IMG/VR virus record: IMGVR_UViG_2579778952_000003
Strand: one strand, 5' to 3'
From: a virus
Taxonomy: Duplodnaviria; Heunggongvirae; Uroviricota; Caudoviricetes
DNA length: 13,627 nucleotides
Shown: positions 1 through 7,591 of the stretch, piece after piece
How positions within the stretch are numbered: position 1 is the first letter of the stretch
Layout of the letters: every line of letters starts with the position of its first letter
Translations under genes and position numbers: made by a program
The notes under the pieces: model-generated
What the model was told of the DNA's origin: nothing
What the model saw: only the letters and a program-made list of their open reading frames with translations
Databases searched by the model: none

Positions 1-215
1 ATCCGCTATTTATAATCAAATACTCATAACTAATTGAATTTAAATAGCAAATAATATCTTAGATAACTTTAAAAATCGCAAAATGACTACACCAGTAACT
101 ACACCGTTCGGTGCACTGTATGAAACAACGTGGAACAAATAGACACAAGAAATATACAGGCGGGTCATCTTTCCAGGGGGAAGCACGCCAATTCATGAGG
201 GGCGTTAATGTCGAC

Positions 216-229
216 ATGGGGATCCCCAT
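216..229. repeat. Perfect 14-bp palindrome ATGGGGATCCCCAT, preceded by the GTCGAC palindrome at 210-215
   Basis: Read directly; the sequence equals its own reverse complement. Function unknown; may be host or junction sequence. Confidence 0.9.
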
Positions 230-351
230 ATCGGCATCATGCCCACCAGCTTGAAGTATTTTTCGCGGGTGTAAAAATTTGACGGGGTGGGCAGTCCCAT
301 AAGCAATGGGTTGTAGGGATTTCGATCCCACCTCCTGAATGCAATTTTTCG

Positions 352-365
352 TATATATATATATA
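352..365. repeat. (TA)7 dinucleotide repeat
   Basis: tatatatatatata read directly, immediately left of the GCGGGTTA repeat block. Confidence 0.9.
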
Positions 366-374
366 CAAAACAGT

Positions 375-528
375 GCGGGTTATGCGGGTTAGCGGGTTAT
401 CTTCGCTTGCTAAGTGTTTTTTATTCTTTAATATCAATGAGTTAAAAAATGATGCGTTTGAATATTAGCCAAAGCGTAACCCGCGAGACATTCAAAATAA
501 CCCGCAAATCCCCCCCCAAATAACCCGC
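375..528. repeat. Symmetric repeat architecture: three tandem GCGGGTTA (375-399), an AT-rich spacer of about 75 bp, then three inverted TAACCCGC copies (477-484, 498-505, 521-528) with a C8 tract at 510-517
   Basis: Exact 8-mers read directly in both orientations. The layout resembles recombinase arm-type or accessory-protein binding sites flanking an AT-rich core. Confidence 0.8.
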
Positions 529-689
529 AACCCCATCAGGAAAATGGGGCCAGTGATGCCACCGAACGGCTGAAAATTGATAATCAGGTTGCTGGTGTGA
601 ATACTGTCGCTTTAACCTACGGTAATTGTTCTGCTTCGGTGCGTATCTTCTCCGTGGTCATTTTGACCATGCACCACACGAAAAAAAAC

Positions 690-707
690 GGGGGGTATTA
701 AACACCC
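690..707 (-). terminator. Candidate intrinsic terminator closing the head/packaging operon
   Basis: Minus-strand RNA GGGUG-uuuaa-UACCC (5-bp stem including one G-U pair) then CCCG and a U8 run (plus-strand A8 at 681-688). Stem is weak, U tract is strong. Confidence 0.3.
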
Positions 708-730
708 ACTCTATTTAAATACCGTCTTTT

Positions 731-780
731 TGTCACTGTGTGTCACTGGTTGTCACTCTCCGTCACGGTATGTCACCACA
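731..780. repeat. Five tandem 10-bp repeats with a conserved (T/C)GTCAC core at exact 10-bp phasing
   Basis: GTCAC at 732, 742, 752, 762 and 772; units tgtcactgtg, tgtcactggt, tgtcactctc, cgtcacggta, tgtcaccaca. Lies directly 3' of the last packaging-operon gene (stop at 783). Helical phasing suggests a protein-binding array. Confidence 0.85.
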
Positions 781-782
781 AG

Positions 783-1076
783 TTAACGTCGTAACCGCTC
801 CGGCTTCTTCCAGTGGTAAGTAATTTTTTCTTTCTCCTGGTACATCTCCACGCGGCGACGATATGACAACAACTCCAGAACTCTGGTGCGTATATTGCGT
901 ATATCCACGCCGTTAAGCTCGATACCGTCACGGCGCATCACCTCAGCCACCACACGCGCGTAATTTTCGGCTATCACGCTGTCCGGCTGCGTGGCCTCCT
1001 GTTTGCCTGCTTCCTGGCTGATTCCGGTAACGCGACGGATTATTTTTAGTAGTTCGGTTTCGCTCATTCTCGTCAT
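783..1076 (-). CDS. Hypothetical protein (97 aa), last gene of the packaging operon; possibly a head completion or adaptor protein
   Basis: ORF overlaps the TerL stop by 4 nt, suggesting translational coupling. No recognisable motif; the functional guess is from position only. Confidence 0.5.
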   Translation of the reverse strand: MTRMSETELLKIIRRVTGISQEAGKQEATQPDSVIAENYARVVAEVMRRDGIELNGVDIRNIRTRVLELLSYRRRVEMYQEKEKITYHWKKPERLRR

Positions 1077-2734
1077 CCCCCATCAACCGCCGAAAGCCGC
1101 TCTTTGTGGCTGTCGCTTATATCAAATGCAAATTCCTCATGTTCTGCCTGGAATGTGCCAAACGCCATCAGAGCCGCAACGCTCGGGTCTATCTTGTTGG
1201 ATGATTTTTTCTTGTTCGGCTTGATATTGGCGTTCGCGTCACTCTGCATCACAACATTACTCATTGACCAGGCCAGCACCGGATCGCCACGATGCACAAT
1301 CACCTTCCGGTTAACAAAAACTTCGAACGATTTCGCCGCCGGACTGAAACGAAGGTATGTTTGCGGGAACGGCTCCACCTCAAATCCTGCCCCCTGTAGC
1401 TGCGTCCTCAGGTGCGTGGCGTTCCATGTATCGAAGCCCACCAGCCTGATATTGAAATTCTCTGCATCCGCCATGATGTCATCACGGATACGGTCATAAT
1501 CAATGCAGTCACCCGGTGTTGTGCGTATCCAGCCCGCCTTTACCCACTGGCGATAGATGGCGCGGTTTTTATTGGCGGGGTTCTGTAGCTGAAATTCCGG
1601 CAGATAGTGACGGGAAACCAGCATAATCTTTTTACCGACCGGAAAGGCATAGCACACGCTGGAAATATCGCTGGTTGATGATAAGTCCAGCCCCGCGTAG
1701 CACTCCTGACCGTATAAATCTGCCTCCGCGAACGTTCCGGCGCACTCCGTCCATGCACCGTTACCCATCCACGGCGTAGCCCCCTGACACCAGATATTGA
1801 ATCGCTTGGTGAGCATTTCCACCCACTGCGACGGAATACCCCGCGCTTTCTGGATGGTTGAGGCCAGTTTTTCACGATCGACGGAAACATCGATATTGGG
1901 ATTCGCCTTTATCCACATCGCCGGATCGTCAACCTCGCTTTCATCATCCAGCTCGTAAATCAGCACGAACATGGATTCGTTCACCTCTTCACCATCCAGT
2001 ATCTGGCAGCAATAGTCATAGTGTTGTTTACAGGCTGAAACAACGTTGCTCCCCGATGTGGTGATGGCAAATAACAGCCCCTCCGGACGCGCCCCCATTC
2101 CCAGTTCAAGCGCGGAATAAACCCCGTTGTCAGGGTGCAGGTGATATTCATCCACAATGGCAAGACTCGGGTTTGTACCTTCAATGGTTGCCGCTTTTGC
2201 TGCCAGTGGCTTTAACAGGCTGTTGGTTTTCGGGTGTATCACCTTGTGTGCCTGAATATTTACCCGCTTTCGTAACGGTCGGGATAAAAGGCACATCTGA
2301 CGCGCATCATCAAACACGATCCGCGCCTGATCACGACTCACGGCGGCGGTGTAAATATCCTGCTGCCCGTTTTCCATAACCAGAAACCAGTTAGCCAGGA
2401 TAGCGGCGACCGTGGATTTGGCATTTTTTCGCGGCACTTCAATGAATGCGCTGGTGTATTTGCGCCGTCCGGTGGCCTTAACCTTAAAGCCCAGGATGCA
2501 CGCAAAGGCGAACTGCTGCCACGGCTCCAGCTCAATGGGGCTACCGCGCATTGCGCCTTTTACGTGCGGACACACCCTGGAAAAGGCAATAAACCGCTCC
2601 ACGACCTCCGGATCGAACGTGTAAAGGGGGTTTTCAAGGTCAGAAAAATACCGTTTAACGGCCTGTTTCAGTCGTTTACAGGCCGTAATTTTGCCGTTTT
2701 TTACGCCTTCTGCGTACTCATGCCAGGCGGTCAA
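1073..2734 (-). CDS. terL: Terminase large subunit (553 aa)
   Basis: N-terminal ATPase region with a PRKNAKST P-loop-like motif and overall large-terminase sequence character. Start appears to be TTG at 2734 with a GAGGA Shine-Dalgarno 5 nt upstream; the start overlaps the TerS 3' end by 17 nt. Confidence 0.9.
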   Translation of the reverse strand: MTAWHEYAEGVKNGKITACKRLKQAVKRYFSDLENPLYTFDPEVVERFIAFSRVCPHVKGAMRGSPIELEPWQQFAFACILGFKVKATGRRKYTSAFIEVPRKNAKSTVAAILANWFLVMENGQQDIYTAAVSRDQARIVFDDARQMCLLSRPLRKRVNIQAHKVIHPKTNSLLKPLAAKAATIEGTNPSLAIVDEYHLHPDNGVYSALELGMGARPEGLLFAITTSGSNVVSACKQHYDYCCQILDGEEVNESMFVLIYELDDESEVDDPAMWIKANPNIDVSVDREKLASTIQKARGIPSQWVEMLTKRFNIWCQGATPWMGNGAWTECAGTFAEADLYGQECYAGLDLSSTSDISSVCYAFPVGKKIMLVSRHYLPEFQLQNPANKNRAIYRQWVKAGWIRTTPGDCIDYDRIRDDIMADAENFNIRLVGFDTWNATHLRTQLQGAGFEVEPFPQTYLRFSPAAKSFEVFVNRKVIVHRGDPVLAWSMSNVVMQSDANANIKPNKKKSSNKIDPSVAALMAFGTFQAEHEEFAFDISDSHKERLSAVDGG

Positions 2735-3074
2735 GCTCGTCCTCTTCCTCTGTTTCCGGTGGATTTCTGCGGCGACTTACCGGGTCAAAACCCAGCAAAG
2801 AAGCCATTTTGATCATTATTCTTTCAGCGTCAGCCTTTGCGCTCAGGGCGGGGTTTCTGCTCTCGCTGCCCTGACTGTTAACAATGCTGAACCCGCGCGT
2901 GGCAAGGTCTTCGACGGCTTTGCGGTATATGGAGTAGTTAACACAATACAGCTCCAGATTGCTCCAGTCGGCGGGGGTAAGGTCTTCCCGTCCGGAAAGC
3001 TGGCGCGATTTTTCCTTCCACTGCCTGACCGCGATTTCATCCAGGTAAGCGGGGGCTTTTGGTGGTCTTGCCAT
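2718..3074 (-). CDS. terS: Terminase small subunit, P27-family-like (118 aa from ATG at 3074)
   Basis: Begins MARPPKAPAYL, typical of P27-family small terminases, with an acidic C-terminal tail. The track ORF extends to 3215, but the conserved N-terminus starts at the internal Met. Confidence 0.8.
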   Translation of the reverse strand: MARPPKAPAYLDEIAVRQWKEKSRQLSGREDLTPADWSNLELYCVNYSIYRKAVEDLATRGFSIVNSQGSESRNPALSAKADAERIMIKMASLLGFDPVSRRRNPPETEEEDELDRLA

Positions 3075-3193
3075 GTTCTTTTTTCGCCCAATTATTTTCA
3101 AAAAAATTCCCGTGCACAAAAATTTGAGGAGGCGGTCGGTGTCCGGCAGGGACGGTTTCGTCCTGAAAACCACCCCCACCCCCTCTGACGGCC

Positions 3194-3370
3194 TCACCAG
3201 CGATTGCGAAAACATTCCATGACCTCGCGGTCACGGTCGGTTAATTGCTTCGCTGTGGTGCGTTCTGTGCGCCCTGTCCTGTTGGCTTTGTGCCCTGTCT
3301 CCTGTGTCTTCCATAAGTCACGCTGCCTTATCAGTCCACGTATCAGCCTGGTTTGCTCCTGTTCAGTCAT
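3194..3370 (-). CDS. Small, highly basic hypothetical protein (about 59 aa) between HNH and TerS
   Basis: Reading frame starts at ATGs (3379, 3373 or 3370) overlapping the HNH stop (3363-3365). Arg/Lys-rich with no recognisable motif; could be spurious. Confidence 0.3.
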   Translation of the reverse strand: MTEQEQTRLIRGLIRQRDLWKTQETGHKANRTGRTERTTAKQLTDRDREVMECFRNRW

Positions 3371-3803
3371 CATCGCCATACATCCAGTCGTTACGGTGTG
3401 CAGCCCGTTCTTCCTGCTCGCGATACATGCCCGCCTTACGGTTCGCTTTCGTGGCTGGATCTTCCCGTGTCGTCTTACGGTTGTGGCACGTCTGGCACAA
3501 TGCCTGGTGGTTCCACTCAGGCCAGAAGAGAACATCACCGCCGCCATTGATGGGGATGATGTGATCCACCACAAGAGCTGGCGTATAAATCCCCTTAGCC
3601 AGACAACGCACGCATAACGGGTTTTTGCTCAGGTACAGGGCGCGGTATTTGTCCCACTGTCGGGAATACCCGCGCGCGCGGCGGTGTCCCCGTCTGGCAT
3701 CCTCTGCACGCCATACAGCCCGTCTGTGCTCTTCACACTTGCCGGACTTCACGCGCTTATTACAGCCCGGCTCAGTGCATCGCCTTAATGGTTGCCACGG
3801 CAT
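3363..3803 (-). CDS. HNH endonuclease (146 aa), terminase-associated type
   Basis: Cys-rich N-terminus (CTEPGCNKRV...GKCEEH) and HNH core (VVDHIIP...NHQALCQTCHNRKT). Start ATG overlaps the connector stop (TGATG). Confidence 0.85.
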   Translation of the reverse strand: MPWQPLRRCTEPGCNKRVKSGKCEEHRRAVWRAEDARRGHRRARGYSRQWDKYRALYLSKNPLCVRCLAKGIYTPALVVDHIIPINGGGDVLFWPEWNHQALCQTCHNRKTTREDPATKANRKAGMYREQEERAAHRNDWMYGDDD

Positions 3804-4105
3804 CAGTACACCCCCACATCACGATAAACCGACCAGAGCGCAGAAATAGCCATAGGCAGTTCAGACTGCTCCACTGGTGAAACTGCTTCCCTGTTCTCGT
3901 ACAGGAAAGCGATGTACATCAGGCAACCAACACGCATTGCCGGGGTAAATTCCAGCCCGTCTTCAAAACGTTTCCCGATATGCTTCTGGCAGGCTTCCAG
4001 CGCCGCATCGGTATACATTTTCAGAAGTTCGCCTTCACCGGATAAATCATCATCAAGTCGAAGATGTGCCCTGACTTCATCAGGTGTAATTCTGGCTTCA
4101 CTCAT
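3803..4105 (-). CDS. gp6-like head-tail connector / DNA-packaging protein (100 aa from ATG at 4105)
   Basis: MSEARITPDEVRAHLRLDDD N-terminus and C-terminal FLYENRE motif match the gp6-like connector family. GGGAG Shine-Dalgarno upstream; the track ORF start at 4168 would overlap portal. Confidence 0.8.
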   Translation of the reverse strand: MSEARITPDEVRAHLRLDDDLSGEGELLKMYTDAALEACQKHIGKRFEDGLEFTPAMRVGCLMYIAFLYENREAVSPVEQSELPMAISALWSVYRDVGVY

Positions 4106-5312
4106 CTTTTCTCCCTTTAATTTCCACAGTCTGTTTCCATGCCTGGCTGAACTCATCACCACCTTCACGCGGCGGCATACCCTCGCGTTCGCGAGCTTCG
4201 TTCGGATTCATGATCCCGCTCTTAATCCCTTTCTCATACGTGGCATAACGTTCGGTGGGTGTGGCGCGCAGTAAATCGGCTGAATCAAACTCAACCAGAT
4301 AACGGGTACCAGGTACGGGAGAAGTCACCAGCAAAGCGGCCTTGATTTGCTGTTCGAAGTTCGCCAGCCACGGGCGCATTGTCATGGTCAGAAATGCGCG
4401 GCTCGCCTCACTGAAATTGCTGTAGGTGCTGTTGCTGTATTCCTGAAGAAAAATCGGCGACACGTTGAACATCCTGGCGATGTCTTCAATGGAGAAGCGA
4501 CGGGAGGCCAGCCATTCCGCATCCTGGTTACTCATCCCCAGCTGCCTGTAATCCATGCCCCCTTCAAGGATTGGCGTTTTTCCGGCATTTTTCGCCCCCT
4601 TGTAGCGTTCCAGTGCGTCTAATGCCTGTTTACCTTTCACGCCGTCCAGCCATTCACCTGACGTGATAATCCCTGCCGCCATCATGCCATCTTTCATAAT
4701 GCTGGCTCCGTGACGCTGTTGAGCAAGGCCAAGCCCCAGCGCCTCACGGCAAATCGTGACGGGGGAACGCCCCAGAAAGCCATCATCCGAGGCATAGCGG
4801 AGATGCAGAACTTCTTCCTGTAAATACGTGCGCACCGTTCCTGTACAGGGTTCGGTGATGGTATAGCGGTATTTGTGTGTGCCTGTGCGTTCCGGTACAA
4901 CACACCCCGGCGCATAAGGATGAAGTGATTTTGGCTGCCCGTCCCGCCCCCACTCAATAACCGCATAGGCGTTACCGTTCAGCAGGCAGTGACGCATCAT
5001 TGTGCGTTTAAACTGGTAAGGTGTCAGGCACGAATTAGGCTGCTCATTCAGCAGAATATCTACCGGGTGACTGTCCAGCCATTCCCGCGCCTCTCTGCCC
5101 TTATCATTGCGTACCAGATACAGGTAACACGGCATCGTGGCCACCGCCTCAGCGATGACAGAAACCGCGTTCATCACAGCAGGCAATGATTCAGCCGTCC
5201 CGGCAGAAACATATTCTCCGGATCCGGTATTTGGTACACCAGACAACGCCAGAAAATCATCAATGGACAGGTTACGCAGATCGCTTTTTTTACGACTAAA
5301 AGGCCACCACAT
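4098..5312 (-). CDS. Portal protein, HK97 family (about 404 aa from ATG at 5312)
   Basis: Conserved portal blocks LNGNAYA, EVLHLRY, REALGLGLA, DAEWLASRRFSIEDIARMFNVSP and a C-terminal PPREGGDE. Start MWWPFSRKK sits 1 nt after the protease stop. Confidence 0.9.
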   Translation of the reverse strand: MWWPFSRKKSDLRNLSIDDFLALSGVPNTGSGEYVSAGTAESLPAVMNAVSVIAEAVATMPCYLYLVRNDKGREAREWLDSHPVDILLNEQPNSCLTPYQFKRTMMRHCLLNGNAYAVIEWGRDGQPKSLHPYAPGCVVPERTGTHKYRYTITEPCTGTVRTYLQEEVLHLRYASDDGFLGRSPVTICREALGLGLAQQRHGASIMKDGMMAAGIITSGEWLDGVKGKQALDALERYKGAKNAGKTPILEGGMDYRQLGMSNQDAEWLASRRFSIEDIARMFNVSPIFLQEYSNSTYSNFSEASRAFLTMTMRPWLANFEQQIKAALLVTSPVPGTRYLVEFDSADLLRATPTERYATYEKGIKSGIMNPNEAREREGMPPREGGDEFSQAWKQTVEIKGRKDE

Positions 5313-5313
5313 A

Positions 5314-5874
5314 TCACAACCCCGCCAGCTCAGCCCAGCGATGACGATTATTTCCTGCCGGGCGTAATTCAGGGTACTGTGCAAACAACGAACGGTGGGC
5401 AATCTCCACGCCGGATTCGGGATAAGCAGGCATCGATGTTATCGTGATTTCACGGAGTTCTGCGGCGGTTACAGTACGCAGATACGGTTTTTGCGCGATA
5501 TTCCACTCCTCGCATAATGCGCGAAAGCCAAAGCTCATCCCTGTAATGTCGCCACGTTCCACCAGCGTAAGCACATCTTTTCCAAGCTGGGTATTTGGCG
5601 GTGTCAGTTCAAAACGTAGCCCGGTGTTATCCTCAGTCAGTACCAGTGAGCCGGATTTGGTACGCCCCAGCAGTCGGGTATAGTCATGCTCATACAGACA
5701 GCGCACATCATTACCCGCCGCCAGATAGTCAGCAAAAGCCCCCGGCGTGAACTGTTCGCGAAACTCGTCCCAGATAATTTCTGAAAGGCTGTTCCAGCGA
5801 ACGGCATAACCCACCAGTTTTTTATCGCTGGCGGTCAGTTCAGATGTACGGATTTCAAAATCGGTGTTTTTCAT
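5314..5874 (-). CDS. Prohead maturation protease, HK97 / S78 family (186 aa from ATG at 5874)
   Basis: Motifs LVGYAVRWN, GAFADYL, CLYEHD, LTEDNTGLRFE, GDITGMSFGF and TSMPAYPESGVEI. GGAG Shine-Dalgarno 7 nt upstream of the ATG; the upstream part of the track ORF overlaps the capsid gene and is rejected. Confidence 0.85.
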   Translation of the reverse strand: MKNTDFEIRTSELTASDKKLVGYAVRWNSLSEIIWDEFREQFTPGAFADYLAAGNDVRCLYEHDYTRLLGRTKSGSLVLTEDNTGLRFELTPPNTQLGKDVLTLVERGDITGMSFGFRALCEEWNIAQKPYLRTVTAAELREITITSMPAYPESGVEIAHRSLFAQYPELRPAGNNRHRWAELAGL

Positions 5875-5894
5875 CGGTGTACTCCATAAAGCTG

Positions 5895-5915
5895 AAAAAG
5901 GAGGCCGAAGCCCCC
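5895..5915 (-). terminator. Candidate intra-operon attenuator between capsid and protease genes
   Basis: Minus-strand RNA GGGGGC-UUCG-GCCUCC (6-bp stem including one G-U pair, UUCG tetraloop) followed by UUUUU. The stem is stable only on the minus-strand transcript (A-C mismatch on plus). Confidence 0.4.
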
Positions 5916-5923
5916 TTTGCTCA

Positions 5924-7069
5924 TTACTTGCCAGCCTGAATTTCCAGAATCTTGATGGCGTTCGAATCCACCACACCACCGCCCAGATATTTCTGGGTAT
6001 AGATGTTAATGAATCCAGGCTCGCTGAAATCCGGACGGGTACGCGTACCGGTTTTATGGTCAACGATGAAATAACCGCGCTTAAAGTCACCGACTGCAAT
6101 CACACCGTCCGGCATAAATTCCAGATATTCAACCGGAAGCCCCAGCAGAGAATCAGGATCACCAGCCTGTAAACGATCGCGCCAGATGTAATCACCAGTG
6201 GCATTTTTCAGTTTTTGTGCGGAGGCGGCTGTATTTGAGTTCATCACCCATACAGCTTTTTTGCGGTACTTATTGCGCAGCGTAAATTTCAGGTCAATCA
6301 GCATATCGGCGCTGAGACTGCCAGTCACTTTTTTCGTCTGGAGCGTACCGAAAGGACGGGTTTTGTCATTATCCGTAGTGCGCGGGAAAGTCAGGAAACC
6401 TTTGGCTTTTTTCTCGCCATCACCGGAAACCAGATCCGTTTCTTCGGTATCAACGAAAGTGTCGCCAATTTCAGAAGATAACCAGCCCATAATATCGACT
6501 TCGGAAAAATCGATAATTTCCTGAGTGGTTTTCGGGTAAGCGTAGATCGGATACAGGCGGATACTGACTTCATTCAGTTTTGGGGTTGCCGTCTGGTTAC
6601 GTGCCGCACCTTCTTCGCCGTGTCCCACGACCGCACCCCCGGCAGAAACCAGTTGCTTAAATTCATTACTGTGAATGGTTTTAACAGTACAGATTTTACG
6701 CATCACCGACTCATCAGAAAGCTGACGCATAATTTCTCTGTTCAGTTCCGGGATAACCGTATAACCACCATCAGCCGGAACACTGCCGGACAGGTTGCGG
6801 GTTTCCCCGGTCAGAATGTAAGAGCGTAGCTCATTTTTGGTGATTTTATCTTCGACGGGAACACCAGGCTGGTTACGTTCTTCATCAGCCACAGACTCGA
6901 GGCGGGAAATTTCTGTGTCGAGGGAATCGGCTTTTGCACGCAGTTCATCAAACTGTTTGCCTTCGTCATCGGTTAGACTGCGGTTTTCACTGTCGGCTTT
7001 TTCCAGCAGGGATCGCATCTGGTTTTTCAGGGCGGTTTTTTGCTGGCGGAGTTCGATTAATTTCTTCAT
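5924..7069 (-). CDS. Major capsid protein, HK97 fold, with N-terminal coiled-coil (delta/scaffold-like) domain (381 aa)
   Basis: N-terminal 100 aa is charged and heptad-like (LRQQKTALKNQMRSLLEKA...); C-terminal region (GYFIVDHKTGTRTRPDF, ILEIQ) is typical of HK97-type capsid proteins. Confidence 0.9.
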   Translation of the reverse strand: MKKLIELRQQKTALKNQMRSLLEKADSENRSLTDDEGKQFDELRAKADSLDTEISRLESVADEERNQPGVPVEDKITKNELRSYILTGETRNLSGSVPADGGYTVIPELNREIMRQLSDESVMRKICTVKTIHSNEFKQLVSAGGAVVGHGEEGAARNQTATPKLNEVSIRLYPIYAYPKTTQEIIDFSEVDIMGWLSSEIGDTFVDTEETDLVSGDGEKKAKGFLTFPRTTDNDKTRPFGTLQTKKVTGSLSADMLIDLKFTLRNKYRKKAVWVMNSNTAASAQKLKNATGDYIWRDRLQAGDPDSLLGLPVEYLEFMPDGVIAVGDFKRGYFIVDHKTGTRTRPDFSEPGFINIYTQKYLGGGVVDSNAIKILEIQAGK

Positions 7070-7137
7070 GAAGGTTTTCTCGCATTGGTTAAGATTCAGG
7101 ACGTGAAACCAACACGGGGGGAGCGCCGCCCGACACT

Positions 7138-7172
7138 CTCGGCATCTCGCAGATCAACCCGGCATCGCGCAG
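7138..7172. repeat. Imperfect 14-15 bp direct repeat (ctcGGCATCtCGCAG / cccGGCATCgCGCAG) in the GC-rich capsid leader
   Basis: Read directly; 20 bp apart, inside the predicted 5' UTR of the capsid operon. Confidence 0.6.
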
Positions 7173-7224
7173 GGGGTCAGGCGGCATTGTGGCGGCTCAC
7201 GTCTGAGTGCCACACGCCAACATA

Positions 7225-7252
7225 TACATAAAAATCAGTATGTAAACATCAA
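7225..7252 (-). promoter_or_regulatory. Candidate sigma70-like promoter for the head/packaging operon
   Basis: Minus strand TTGATG (7252-7247), 16-nt spacer, TATGTA (7230-7225), just downstream of the 7313-7333 terminator and about 150 nt upstream of the capsid ATG. GAACAACC repeats at 7263-7282 lie just upstream. Confidence 0.3.
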
Positions 7253-7312
7253 CCAGAATCACCGAACAACCTGGAACAACCACGAACAAATAATTTACAA
7301 AACCTGAAAAAA

Positions 7313-7333
7313 GGCCCGGAAAAAATCCGGGCC
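7313..7333 (-). terminator. Intrinsic terminator separating the early/replication operon from the head operon
   Basis: Perfect 8-bp stem GGCCCGGA / TCCGGGCC with a 5-nt loop, flanked by A6 on the left and a T-rich run on the right, so a U6 run follows on the minus strand. Dyad is bidirectional. Confidence 0.75.
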
Positions 7334-7342
7334 TTTATCGCT

Positions 7343-7591
7343 TTATTGTTTCACTGGCTCCCGCATTCTGCGTCTTATTTTCCACAAATATTCGATCATC
7401 GCTTCCACCTGCTCACGGTTGGTTGCGAAAATTTCCCCGGTCAGTGAGCTACGCAGAAAATCATGATGATCCACAAAAAATAACGCATCGGAAGAAAGCA
7501 ACCGACGATATTTTTTTGCTGTCGTGGTTTCCAGATCATCAAAACCATGAAGCTTTTTATGTTGCTGAACTTCTTCAAATGTCACTGGCAT
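7343..7591 (-). CDS. Hypothetical protein (82 aa), last gene of the early operon
   Basis: AGGGGGA Shine-Dalgarno just upstream of the ATG at 7591; overlaps the ProQ/FinO-like gene end by 10 nt; followed by the terminator. Confidence 0.55.
   Translation of the reverse strand: MPVTFEEVQQHKKLHGFDDLETTTAKKYRRLLSSDALFFVDHHDFLRSSLTGEIFATNREQVEAMIEYLWKIRRRMREPVKQ

Noticed and set aside
280-335. Possible tRNA 3' fragment or att core (GGGAT-ttcg-ATCCC hairpin)
   Set aside because: The hairpin has a 4-nt loop, not a 7-nt T-loop, and no acceptor stem or CCA context could be built. A tRNA remnant cannot be supported by eye.
59-437. Minus-strand ORFs 59-331 and 237-437 at the left end
   Set aside because: They run through repeat and palindrome-rich non-coding DNA, have no Shine-Dalgarno, and their translations lack protein-like character.
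1104-1499. Plus-strand ORFs antisense to head and packaging genes (for example 991-1224, 1104-1499, 2691-3188, 3204-3617, 6198-6524, 7948-8430, 8388-8843, 9804-10289)
   Set aside because: All lie entirely within well-supported minus-strand genes, have Ser/Cys/Arg-rich low-complexity translations and no ribosome-binding sites. Treated as antisense artefacts.
5314-6099. Long version of the protease ORF (261 aa) overlapping the capsid gene
   Set aside because: The conserved protease sequence starts at the internal ATG at 5874, which has a GGAG Shine-Dalgarno. The upstream 75 codons overlap the capsid gene's 3' end in another frame.
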